From: an uncultured Solirubrobacteraceae bacterium
Lineage (GTDB): Bacteria; Actinomycetota; Thermoleophilia; Solirubrobacterales; Solirubrobacteraceae
Assembly: GCA_963848415.1 (NCBI GenBank)
Contig: CAWKDN010000001.1
Coordinates: forward strand, 1,360,049-1,392,048
DNA: 32,000 nt
Direction: 5' to 3'
This document shows, one piece after another, positions 15,294-23,680 of this stretch (positions are counted from its first letter, which is position 1; each line of letters opens with the position of its first letter). Below the pieces are notes generated by a model, which did no database searches, was not told the DNA's origin, and saw only the letters and a list, made by a program, of their open reading frames with translations. A program made the position numbers and the translations under genes.

Positions 15294-16712
15294 TCAGCGC
15301 TCCAGCGCCTGCAGCACGGCCTTGGCGATCGGCGCGGCGACCGTCCCGCCCTGGCCCTGCACGCGCTCGACGACGACGGCCACGGCCGTGCGGTCGGTGA
15401 ACCCGATGAACCACGGGTCGTTGATGCCGGCGTCGACGTCGACCTCCGCGGTGCCGGTCTTGCCCGCCACCTCGACGCCCTCCAGCGCCGCCGCCGTGCC
15501 CGTTCCCTCACGCACCACGTTGCGCATCATCGTCCCGAGCTCGGCGGCGGTTCGGGCGCTGACCACGCGCTCGGCGCGGCGCGGCTCGATCTCGTCGGAC
15601 GTGCGCCCGTCGGGGTCGACGAGCCGGTCGCCCAGGCGCGGCTCCATGCGCACGCCGCCGTTGCCGATCGTCTGGGCGACCGTGGCCATCTGCAGCGGCG
15701 TCACGAGCAGGGTGGACTGGCCGATCGCCAGCCGGCCGAGGTCGACCGATCTCGAGCTCGGGCGTACGGGGCGCCCGCGGCGGTAGGCGCCGCTGGGGTC
15801 GAGCTGGTCGGCGGGATAGTCCAGCGGCGGCTTGGCGTAGAAGCCGAACTTCTCCATGTACTCGCCCATCGTCCCCCGGCCCACGTCCACGCCCACCTGA
15901 GCCCACACCGTGTTGACGGAGTTCGTCAGCGCGGTGGTCAGGTCGATCGGGCCGAAGCTCTGGTCGCCCGAGTTGTTCAGCGGCACGCCCGAGATCGTCT
16001 TCGGGCTGCTGCCGTCGACCACCGAGCCCGGCGTGAAGCGCCCGGCGTCCAGCGCCGCGGCGGCGGTGACCACCTTGAAGGTGGAGCCGGGCGGATAGCC
16101 GATCTGGGTCGCGCGGTTGAACAGCGGCGAGTTGGCGCTGTCGGTGTTCAGCCGCTCGAGCCGGCCGGCCTGGTCGAGGCCGTTGGGATCGAAGCCGGGC
16201 ACCGACGCCATCACGCGCACGCGGCCGGTGTCGACGTCGAGCGCGACGACGGCGCCCTTGCGCCCGCCCAGGCCCTGCAACGCGACGCGCTGGGCCGCCG
16301 GGTCAAGCGTCGTGCGCAGGTCGTCGCCCTCCCGGTCCTGGCCGAGGATCGAGTCCACCGCGGAGACCAGCTCGGTCTCGCGGCCGGTGAGCGGGTCGTT
16401 GTACTCGCGCTCGAGGCCGGCGCGGCCGATGTTCGTGAACGAGTAGCCGACGGCGTGGCTGAAGAGCTCGCCCGCCGGGTAGCGCCGCGTGAACGTGCCG
16501 CCGCCGGCGCCGACGCTGCGGGCGAGCACCTCGCCGTCCGCTGCGCGGATCAGGCCGCGCTCGATGCGCGCCTCCTCGAGCAGCTCGCGCCGGTTGTTGG
16601 GGTTCGTGCGCAGCGCCTCGGCGTCGAACACCGACCAGCGCGAGGTGAAGCCCACCAGCAGAGCGAAGAGGACCACGACGAGCCCGAAGAGCTTGACGAC
16701 GGGGGCGTTCAT
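15294..16712 (-). CDS. pbpA: Class B penicillin-binding protein / peptidoglycan D,D-transpeptidase (PbpA-type)
   Basis: From ATG 16712 the sequence is MNAPVVKLFGLVVVLFALLVGF.... The motifs are STFK (PPGSTFKVVTAAAAL), SVN (TNSVNTVW) and KTGT (AGKTGTAE). The longer track ORF 15294..17882 continues upstream only as a shadow over rodA. There is an ATGA overlap with the rodA stop. Confidence 0.9.
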   Translation of the reverse strand: MNAPVVKLFGLVVVLFALLVGFTSRWSVFDAEALRTNPNNRRELLEEARIERGLIRAADGEVLARSVGAGGGTFTRRYPAGELFSHAVGYSFTNIGRAGLEREYNDPLTGRETELVSAVDSILGQDREGDDLRTTLDPAAQRVALQGLGGRKGAVVALDVDTGRVRVMASVPGFDPNGLDQAGRLERLNTDSANSPLFNRATQIGYPPGSTFKVVTAAAALDAGRFTPGSVVDGSSPKTISGVPLNNSGDQSFGPIDLTTALTNSVNTVWAQVGVDVGRGTMGEYMEKFGFYAKPPLDYPADQLDPSGAYRRGRPVRPSSRSVDLGRLAIGQSTLLVTPLQMATVAQTIGNGGVRMEPRLGDRLVDPDGRTSDEIEPRRAERVVSARTAAELGTMMRNVVREGTGTAAALEGVEVAGKTGTAEVDVDAGINDPWFIGFTDRTAVAVVVERVQGQGGTVAAPIAKAVLQALER

Positions 16713-18022
16713 CGCTCCTCGGAGGCGCGCAGCGGGCGGCGCGCGCGGTCGGAGACGAGCAGCAGCAGCGCGAGCAGCACGAAGTTGGCGACGATCGAGG
16801 AGCCGCCGTAGGAGACGAAGGGCAGCGTGACGCCGGTCAGCGGGATCACTCGCGTCACGCCGCCGACGATCACGAACACCTGCAGCGCGAACACCGCGGC
16901 CAGACCGGCGGCCAGCAGCTTGGAGAACGAGTCGCGGGCCAGCATCGCGACCTTGAAGCCGCGCTCGGCGAACAGCAGGTAGACGAGCATCAGCCCGCAG
17001 GCGCCGACGAGCCCGAGCTCGTTGACGATCACCGCGTAGATCAGGTCGGTCTCGGGCGCCGGCAGGATCGACGCCCCGGTCGGCAAGCGCAGCAGCGACT
17101 CCCCGAAGCCGGTGCCGAACAGCCCGCCGTCGGCCTGGGCGAACAGCGACTGGGCGATCTGGTAGCCCTGCTTGTCCACCCACGACGGGTTGAACGGGTC
17201 CAGCCAGATGTCCACCCGATCCTGCACGTGGCCGACGGTCGAGGCGAAGAACCACGCCCCGAGCGCGAACAGCGCCATCCCGATGACCACGAACGAGAAG
17301 CGGCTCGTGGCGACGTAGAGCAGCGCCAGGAAGGCGCCGAAGTACATCAGCGAAGAGCCGAGGTCGCGGATGAAGACCAGCATCAACATCGCCGCGCCCC
17401 ACACCACCAGCAGCGGGCCGAGGTGCTTGAGCGGCGGGATCGTGACCCCGAGCACGCGGCGCGAGCCCTGCACGAGCACCTGGCGGGTGTCGCGCAGGTA
17501 GGCCGCCAGGAAGACGACGATCGCGAGCTTGCCGAACTCCGCGGGCTGGAAGGAGACGGGGCCGATCCCGACGCCGAGGTAGGCGCCGTTGACCTGCTGG
17601 CCGATCCCCGGCACGCGCGGCAGGAACAACAGCGCCAGCCCGGCGGCCGCGATCGTGTAGCGGTAGCGCTCGAGCACGCGGACGTCGTTGCGCAGCAGGA
17701 TGATCGTGATGGCGAACAGCGCGAGCCCGACGACGAACCACTGCGCCTGCTCGCGCGCCAGGTCCTCGTCGATGCGGTAGATCATCACCAGCCCGAAGCA
17801 GGCCAGCACCGCGACGAGCGGGAACAGGTAGGGGTCCGCGGCGGGCAGCGTGAAGCGGATCACCACGTGGGTGGCCAGGCACAGCGCGAGGAAGATGCCG
17901 CCGTAGGTGAGCGAGACGTCGGAGAGGACCTCGGAGCGCTGGATGAAGATGGCCGCGAAGCCCGCCGTCAGCAGCAGCGAGGCGGGCACCAGCGCGAGCA
18001 GCTCGCGGTTGCGGGCGCTCAC
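16709..18022 (-). CDS. rodA: FtsW/RodA/SpoVE (SEDS) family peptidoglycan glycosyltransferase
   Basis: The 437-aa polytopic protein contains ...SFQPAEFGKLAIVVFLAAYL...PDLGSSLMYF-like (RDLGSSLMYFGAF)...QIAQSLFAQADGGLFGTGFG...PETDLIYAVIVNELGLVGA...TGVTLPFVSYGGSS. The GTG start overlaps the pstP stop (GTGA). Confidence 0.9.
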   Translation of the reverse strand: MSARNRELLALVPASLLLTAGFAAIFIQRSEVLSDVSLTYGGIFLALCLATHVVIRFTLPAADPYLFPLVAVLACFGLVMIYRIDEDLAREQAQWFVVGLALFAITIILLRNDVRVLERYRYTIAAAGLALLFLPRVPGIGQQVNGAYLGVGIGPVSFQPAEFGKLAIVVFLAAYLRDTRQVLVQGSRRVLGVTIPPLKHLGPLLVVWGAAMLMLVFIRDLGSSLMYFGAFLALLYVATSRFSFVVIGMALFALGAWFFASTVGHVQDRVDIWLDPFNPSWVDKQGYQIAQSLFAQADGGLFGTGFGESLLRLPTGASILPAPETDLIYAVIVNELGLVGACGLMLVYLLFAERGFKVAMLARDSFSKLLAAGLAAVFALQVFVIVGGVTRVIPLTGVTLPFVSYGGSSIVANFVLLALLLLVSDRARRPLRASEER

Positions 18023-19260
18023 CGGTCCAGCTGCCCGCGCTCGAGCGCGATCACGAGGTTCTCGGCGTCGTCCTTGGAGCGCAGCTTGTGGTCGGTGAAG
18101 ACCTCCCGGCGTGCGGGCGGCACCGCGTCGATCGTCACGCCGGAGCCGGCGTAGCGCTCGTAGAGGCGGATGCCCGCCGGCAGCTCATAGGGCAGCCCGC
18201 GGAAGATCGCCACCGAGCGCCCGTCGCGCGGGTCGGTGCCGACGAAGTAGACGGCGCGCGTCGCCATCCACGCCGACAGGACGAGCACGACGGCGAAGAA
18301 GGCGATCAGCGCGCCGCCCACGCCCATCCGCAGCCGGCGGCGGCGCCCGCGGCGGCGGCCCTCGCCCTCGTGCGCGTCCGGCGCGCCGGCCGGCTCGGCG
18401 ATCGGCTGCGCGGGCGCCCGCGCGGGCCGCAGCGCGGTCATCGACGCGGTCGCGCCGTCGCCGCCGTCGCCCGTGCGGCCGCGGAGCGTCTCGTGCTCGA
18501 CCGTCTCCTGGGCGGCGGCCGCCTCGGCCGCTGCCGCGTCGGCGGGTGCGACCGACTCCAGGCGGAAGAGCACGACGGTGATGTTGTCGCGCCCGCCCGC
18601 CTCGTTGGCGGCTGCGATCAGCGCGCGGCCCGCCTGCTCGAGCGATCCGGCCCGCTCGAGCACGTCGCGCACCTGCGCCTCGCCGACCATCGAGGTCAGG
18701 CCGTCCGAGCACAGCAGAACTACGTCGCCGGCGTCCGCGTTGTAGCGGTCGACGTCGACCTCGACCGAGGCCTCGGGACCCAGCGCCCGCGTGATCACCG
18801 AGCGCTGCGGATGGCTCTCGGCCTCCTCCTCGGTCAGCTTCCCGCGCGCGATCAGCTCGCCGACCAGCGAGTGGTCGCGGGTCAGGCGCACCAGGTCGCC
18901 GCCGCGCAGCAGGTAGGCGCGCGAGTCGCCCACGTGGGCGACCACCAGCTCGTCCTCGGCGACGAAGGCGGCGGTGACGGTGGTGCCCATCCCGGCCCGC
19001 TGCTCCTCGGCCTGGGAGCGATCGTAGATCGAGCGGTTGGCATCGTGGATGACCGCCAGCAGACCCTCGGAGGGCGGCCCCTGCGGCAGGCCGCCGCGGA
19101 AGGAGGCCACCGCCATCTCGGAGGCCACCTCGCCCGCCTGCGCGCCGCCCATGCCGTCGGCGACCACGAACAACGGCGCGCGCACGTAGAGGTTGTCCTC
19201 GTTGCCCTGGCGCTGCCGGCCCTGGTCGGTGCCGTGCCACTGCTCTGCGATCCGCAACAC
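18019..19260 (-). CDS. pstP: PP2C-family Ser/Thr phosphatase with C-terminal TM and extracytoplasmic tail (PstP-type)
   Basis: From GTG 19260 the sequence is (M)LRIAEQWHGTDQGRQRQGNEDNLYV...FVVADGMGGAQAGEVASEMAV...LLCSDGLT...GGRDNITVVL. The TM segment is GGALIAFFAVVLVLSAWMA. The track ORF extends to 19701 only as a shadow over fhaB. Confidence 0.88.
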   Translation of the reverse strand: MLRIAEQWHGTDQGRQRQGNEDNLYVRAPLFVVADGMGGAQAGEVASEMAVASFRGGLPQGPPSEGLLAVIHDANRSIYDRSQAEEQRAGMGTTVTAAFVAEDELVVAHVGDSRAYLLRGGDLVRLTRDHSLVGELIARGKLTEEEAESHPQRSVITRALGPEASVEVDVDRYNADAGDVVLLCSDGLTSMVGEAQVRDVLERAGSLEQAGRALIAAANEAGGRDNITVVLFRLESVAPADAAAAEAAAAQETVEHETLRGRTGDGGDGATASMTALRPARAPAQPIAEPAGAPDAHEGEGRRRGRRRRLRMGVGGALIAFFAVVLVLSAWMATRAVYFVGTDPRDGRSVAIFRGLPYELPAGIRLYERYAGSGVTIDAVPPARREVFTDHKLRSKDDAENLVIALERGQLDR

Positions 19261-19274
19261 GCCTAGATCGCCAT

Positions 19275-19769
19275 CTAGCGCTCGAAGGTGAACTCGGAGT
19301 CGCCGATCCGGATGCGGTCGCCCGCGTGCAGTGGCTGGGGGCCGCGCAATGGCTCGCCGTTGAGGTAGGTGCCGTTCGTGGAGCCGAGGTCCTCGAGCAC
19401 CACCACCCCGCCCTGCGGGGCCAGGCGGGCGTGAGCGGAGGAGGCGAAGGCGTCCTCGAGCCGGATGTCGGCCTGGTCGCCGCGTCCGAGCACCGCCCCG
19501 TCGGAGAGGTCGTAGGCCGAGCCGGACCGCAGCCCGGCACCGGTGCGCACGCGCAGCCGGGGCTGCTCCTCCGGCCCGCCGCCGTCGGCCCCGTCGGCCA
19601 TGTGCAGCCCGGTGGCGTCGTCGTGGTCGGCGTCCTCGAAGGCGCCGCGCGCCGGGCCGGCGGTGCGCCGCAGGTCCTTCATGGCCGACCGCGCCATCCA
19701 CAGCAGGAAGAGGTAGAGGATGGCCAGGAACCCGAACTTCAGGGCGACGGCGAGTGGATCGAGGGCCAC
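19275..19769 (-). CDS. fhaB: Membrane-anchored FHA-domain protein (FhaB/FipA-type)
   Basis: The N-terminal TM segment is ALKFGFLAILYLFLLWMA. The C-terminal FHA domain is GRGDQADIRLEDAFASSAHARL...VLEDLGSTNGTYLNGEPL...GDRIRIGDSEFTFE. The start is GTG 19769. Confidence 0.85.
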   Translation of the reverse strand: MALDPLAVALKFGFLAILYLFLLWMARSAMKDLRRTAGPARGAFEDADHDDATGLHMADGADGGGPEEQPRLRVRTGAGLRSGSAYDLSDGAVLGRGDQADIRLEDAFASSAHARLAPQGGVVVLEDLGSTNGTYLNGEPLRGPQPLHAGDRIRIGDSEFTFER

Positions 19770-19773
19770 GCGC

Positions 19774-20538
19774 CTACCCCAGCTCGAAGACGATGTGGGT
19801 GGTACCGACCTCGAGCGCGTCGCCGGGCTTGAGCGACTGCGCGCCCTCGATGCGCCGGCCGTTGACCTTGATGCCGTTGGTCGAGCCGAGGTCGCGGACG
19901 ATCCAGGAGCCGCCCGAGGGCAGCACCTCGGCGTGGCGGCGCGAGACGTTGGCGTCGTCGAGCACCACGTCGCACTCGCGGGAGCGCCCGATGACCGCGC
20001 CGGCGGCGCCGAGCACCTCGCTGCGGCCGTCGAGGCGCAGCCGCGCGGTGCCGCGGCGGGGGTCGGGCTCGCGCAGCGGCTCGGCGAGCCGGTCGGAGGC
20101 CGTGTAGACCATCGTGTGGCCCTCGTTGCCCTGGCTCGGGCGCTCGCGGTCGGGATCGCCGCCGGGACGGACCATGCGTGCCTGGATGCCGAACTCGCCG
20201 AGCCGGAGGCGGTCGTCGGTGCGGAACTCGACGACCGGCTGGGTCAGCAGGGCGATGCGCTCGCGGCGCGCGTGCTCGAGCAGGTAGCCCGAGAGCTCCT
20301 CGCGCAGCTCGCCCTCGTAGCCGTCGAACTGCTCGCGATCGGCCTCGGAGAGCCAGATGGCGTACTCGTTGGGCGCGTAGACGCGCGACAGCGACTGCAC
20401 CTTGTGCTCGTCCATCTCGCGGGCGAGCTTGCGGGCGATCTCGACCGGGCGCACCTCGGACTTGAAGGCGCGCGAGAACGTGCCCTCGACCAGACCGGCG
20501 AGCTTGGACTCGAGATTGCGCAGGACGCTCACGGGCAC
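19774..20538 (-). CDS. fhaA: FhaA-type protein: N-terminal DUF3662-like domain plus C-terminal FHA domain
   Basis: The N-terminus is SVLRNLESKLAGLVEGTFSRAFKSEVRPVEIARKLAREMDEHK... (FhaA N-domain pattern). The C-terminal FHA domain is IGRSRECDVVLDDANVSRRHAEV...IVRDLGSTNGIKVNGRRI. The start is GTG 20538 or GTG 20532. The upstream gene's stop codon abuts the start. Confidence 0.85.
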   Translation of the reverse strand: MPVSVLRNLESKLAGLVEGTFSRAFKSEVRPVEIARKLAREMDEHKVQSLSRVYAPNEYAIWLSEADREQFDGYEGELREELSGYLLEHARRERIALLTQPVVEFRTDDRLRLGEFGIQARMVRPGGDPDRERPSQGNEGHTMVYTASDRLAEPLREPDPRRGTARLRLDGRSEVLGAAGAVIGRSRECDVVLDDANVSRRHAEVLPSGGSWIVRDLGSTNGIKVNGRRIEGAQSLKPGDALEVGTTHIVFELG

Positions 20539-22334
20539 CTAACCCCCCTCGCGTTGCGCGGTGCCTCCGGCTTGCATGGGGAGAGTATGGCCACTCCGCC
20601 CTCGGGCGAGGCCGAGCGCTGCCACCGCCGCGAGCAGCGCGGCGAACACCAGGCCGCGCGGCTCCGGCGTCGTCACGCGGTCGCCGAGCCACTCGCCGAG
20701 CGCGGCCGTCGCGGCGGTCAGCCCGGCCGCCCACGCCGTCGCGCCGACCACGTCGGCACCGAGCGAGCGCCCGCGTACGAGCCACGGCAGCACCAGCGCC
20801 GCGAGCGCCCACACCCCGGCCAGCAGCGCCGCTCCCGACGTCGCCGCGGCCCCCACCACCTCCGTGGCGGCCAGGCTCAAGCCGCCGTCGAAGCTCGCGC
20901 GGGCAGGCGTCCCGGCGGCAGGGCCGAACAGCAGCGCGCGGTCGAGCAGCGGCTCGGCCAGCACGAGCCACGCCGCGCCGATGCCCCCCAGCGCGGCGCG
21001 GCTCCACGCCCGCGGCGCCTGGCCGGCCAGCGCCGGGTAGGCGCCGGCGAGGCCGGCGAGGCCCAGCAGCGGCGCGGCGGCCGGCAGCGACCAGGCGGCG
21101 CCGTCGGCCCGCAGCAGCAGCGGCGGGAGCAGGATGGCGGTCGCCACTACCAGCGCGGCGCCGGGGCGCGGCACGGCCGCGAAGGCGACCAGGCCCGCGC
21201 GTGGCGACCGCGGCGATCAGCCACCCGAGCCGCGGCAGCGCCGCGACGAGCGCCATCGCAACCAGGCCGGCGGCGATCGGCGCCAGCGGCGGCTCGGGGA
21301 CCAGCCCGGCCAGCGCGGCGGCGCACAGGCCGCCCGCCGCCGCCGGCGCCACGAGCCGGCCGAGCGCCGGCGGCAGCGCCGGGATGCGGCGCTCGAGCGG
21401 GTGCGGCGCGATCGTGCCGCCCTCGTCGGAGACGCCGGGCAGGGCGTCGGCGAGCGCGTCGGCCAGGGTGTCGAGGTCGCCGCGCTCCGGCGCGTCGGGG
21501 CGCACACCGCGGTCGATCGCCGCGCACAGCGCCTCCGGCAGGTCGGGGCGGCGGCGCGCCAGTGGCGGGAGCACCGTGCCCATCCGCCGCGCCGTCGCGG
21601 CCGGCGAGCCCGCGCGGACGGGGTTTGCCCCGGCCAGCGCCTCGTAGAGCACGAGCGCCAGCGAGTAGAGGTCCGCGCGCCTCCCCGACCGGCTCGCCCG
21701 CCGCCTGCTCGGGGGCCATGTAGGCGAGCGTGCCGACCACGTCGCCGGTGCGGGTCAGCGGCTCGTCGCCCGCGAGGTGCGCGACCCCGAAGTCCGTCAG
21801 CTTGGCGGGCGCCCGCCGCGCCAAGCTGGGCGGCGACCCCCTCGGCGTCGGGGACGATCACGTTCTGGGGCTTGACGTCGCGGTGGATGACCCCGCGCTC
21901 GTGGGCGTGCAGCAGCGCGTCCGCGAGGTCCAGGCCCACGCGCAGCACGTCGCGATCCGACAGCGCGCCGGCGGCCTCGAGCTGCGCGAGCGTGCGGCCC
22001 TCGACCAGCTCTGAGACGAGGTAGCGGCCCCACCTCGTCCTCGCCCGCGTCGTGCAGCGCGACGATCGCCGGATGGTCGAGCCGGGCGACGGCCAGCGCC
22101 TCGCGGTGCGCGCGCTCGGGTGCGGGCCCGTCGGCCGGGATCAGCTTGACCGCCACCGCCCGGTCCAGGCGCTCGTCGTGGGCCGCGAAGACCGTGCCGA
22201 AGCCGCCGGTGCCCAGGCGCCGGCCGAGCCGGTAGCGGCCCAGGACGAGCGGTCCGGCAGCCGCCGCAGGCGACCGCCGGGGTGGCCTGAGCAGCGGTGC
22301 CGCCGACCGCCTCGCGCTCCTCGGTGGCCTGCAT
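20539..22334 (-). pseudogene. Hanks-type Ser/Thr kinase fused to a polytopic C-terminal membrane domain, broken by 4-5 frame disruptions
   Basis: The kinase subdomains appear in order but in successive frames. Tail of ORF 21797..24250: LGRYRLGRRLGTGGFGTVFAAHDERLDRAVAVKLI...LDHPAIVALHDAGEDEVG. Frame of ORF 21217..21948 (the first residues lie upstream of the track start): YLVSELVEGRTLAQLEAAGALSDRDVLRVGLDLADALLHAHERGVIHRDVKPQNVIVPDAEGVAA. ORF 21147..21824: AKLTDFGVAHL...GTLAYMAPEQAAGEPVGEA. ORF 19739..21652 start (the first residues DLYSLALV lie upstream of the track start): DLYSLALVLYEALAGANPV...PDLPEALCAAIDRG. ORF 20539..21174: a multi-TM region. The junctions are near 22253-22334(?), 22024-22030, 21798-21828, 21670-21682 and 21193-21203. 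Confidence 0.7.
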
Positions 22335-22384
22335 CGTGCAGGAGTTCCACGCGTGCGCGGCGAAGCCTGCCGGGCGGAGGGCCG

Positions 22385-23578
22385 ATGCCCGACCGGGGCG
22401 ATCCGGCCGACCCCCGCGTCATACTCACCCAACTCGGTTTCCGCCAAGAAGCGAGCACTTTGTCCTTCTTCGATGAGGACGACGAGCCCCGCAGGAGAAC
22501 CCGGCGTCCACGCCGGGCGACGGGTGGGGCCGCCGTCACCGATTCCCAAACCGTCCTGGTCCGCCGGCTGGTCGCCGGCGCGCTGGCGCTGCTGGTCCTC
22601 GTGCTGCTGGCGGTGGCGGTCAACAGCTGCCTGAACTCGCGCCAGGAGAACGCGCTCAAGGACTACACGCGCGAGGTCTCCTCGATCGCCACCGAGTCCG
22701 AACGGCAGGTCGGGCAGGAGTTCTTCAACACGCTGCGCCAGCGCGGCAGCGAGTCCCCGCAGGACCTCCAGACGGCGATCTCTGGCTTCCGCGCCCAGGC
22801 CGAGACCCAGCTCAACCAGGCCGAGGACCTCGACGTCCCCGACGAGATGGAGCCGGCCCAGCGCTCGCTGCTGATCGCGCTGCAGTTCCGGCGCGACGGG
22901 CTCGGCTACATCGCCGAGCGCATCCAGCCCGCGCTGGGCGACCAGGCCGACCAGGCCGAGGAGGCCGTCACCCAGATCGCCGGGCAGATGGAGGGCTTCC
23001 TGGCCTCCGACGTCGTCTACTCCGCCCGCGTGATGCCCCTCATCCGCGGGGTGCTCGACGACAACGAGGTCGACGGCCAGCAGATCGCCCGCTCCCAGTT
23101 CCTGCCCGGCATCCAGTGGATCGTGCCGGCCAACGTCGGCGAGGCGCTCGGCCAGCAGGTCACCGGCGGCGGGGACACCGGCGCGACGAACGAGCGCGAG
23201 CCCGCCCCGGGCTTGCACGGCACCGGCCTCGACGCCGTCTCGGTCGGCGACACGGCGCTCGAGCCCAGCCCGGCGCCGAACCGCCTGCCGGCCAGCGAGG
23301 ACACCACCTTCTCGGTGCGCTTCACCAACCAGGGCGAGAACGACGAGACCGACGTCAAGGTCGACCTCGCGATCGAGCCCGAGAACGGGCAGCCGATCCG
23401 CGTCTCGCGCACGATCGACACCGTCCGCGCGGGGGCCGAGGCGACCGCCGAGATCCCACTCGGCACGCGCCCGCCGCTGGGCGCCGCCACGGTCCGGGTG
23501 CTCGTCAACCGCGTGCCCGGCGAGGAGAAGGGCGACAACAACCGCGGCGAGTACGACGTCGGCTTCGTCGCGCCGTAG
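22385..23578 (+). CDS. Single-pass membrane protein with a C-terminal CARDB-like (Ig-like) domain
   Basis: ATG 22385 is preceded by gcGGAGGGccg; an alternative TTG about 22459 gives MSFFDEDDEP.... The TM segment is LVAGALALLVLVLLAVAV. The central region is helical. The C-terminus is FSVRFTNQGENDETDVKVDLAIEPENGQPI...AGAEATAEIPLG...VLVNRVPGEEKGDNNRGEY, which is the CARDB pattern (N.G......v.l....G......i..l.aG......E.NE.NN). The track start at 22052 overlaps the kinase pseudogene antisense. Confidence 0.7.
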   Translation: MPDRGDPADPRVILTQLGFRQEASTLSFFDEDDEPRRRTRRPRRATGGAAVTDSQTVLVRRLVAGALALLVLVLLAVAVNSCLNSRQENALKDYTREVSSIATESERQVGQEFFNTLRQRGSESPQDLQTAISGFRAQAETQLNQAEDLDVPDEMEPAQRSLLIALQFRRDGLGYIAERIQPALGDQADQAEEAVTQIAGQMEGFLASDVVYSARVMPLIRGVLDDNEVDGQQIARSQFLPGIQWIVPANVGEALGQQVTGGGDTGATNEREPAPGLHGTGLDAVSVGDTALEPSPAPNRLPASEDTTFSVRFTNQGENDETDVKVDLAIEPENGQPIRVSRTIDTVRAGAEATAEIPLGTRPPLGAATVRVLVNRVPGEEKGDNNRGEYDVGFVAP

Positions 23579-23680
23579 GAGATCCCTGAAGAACAGGCCG
23601 GCCCGACCGACGGCGGCGTGGACCGAGCCGGGCGCCGCACGGCCCCCTGAGGCGCCGGGGCCCTCGTATCCTCTGGCGCC

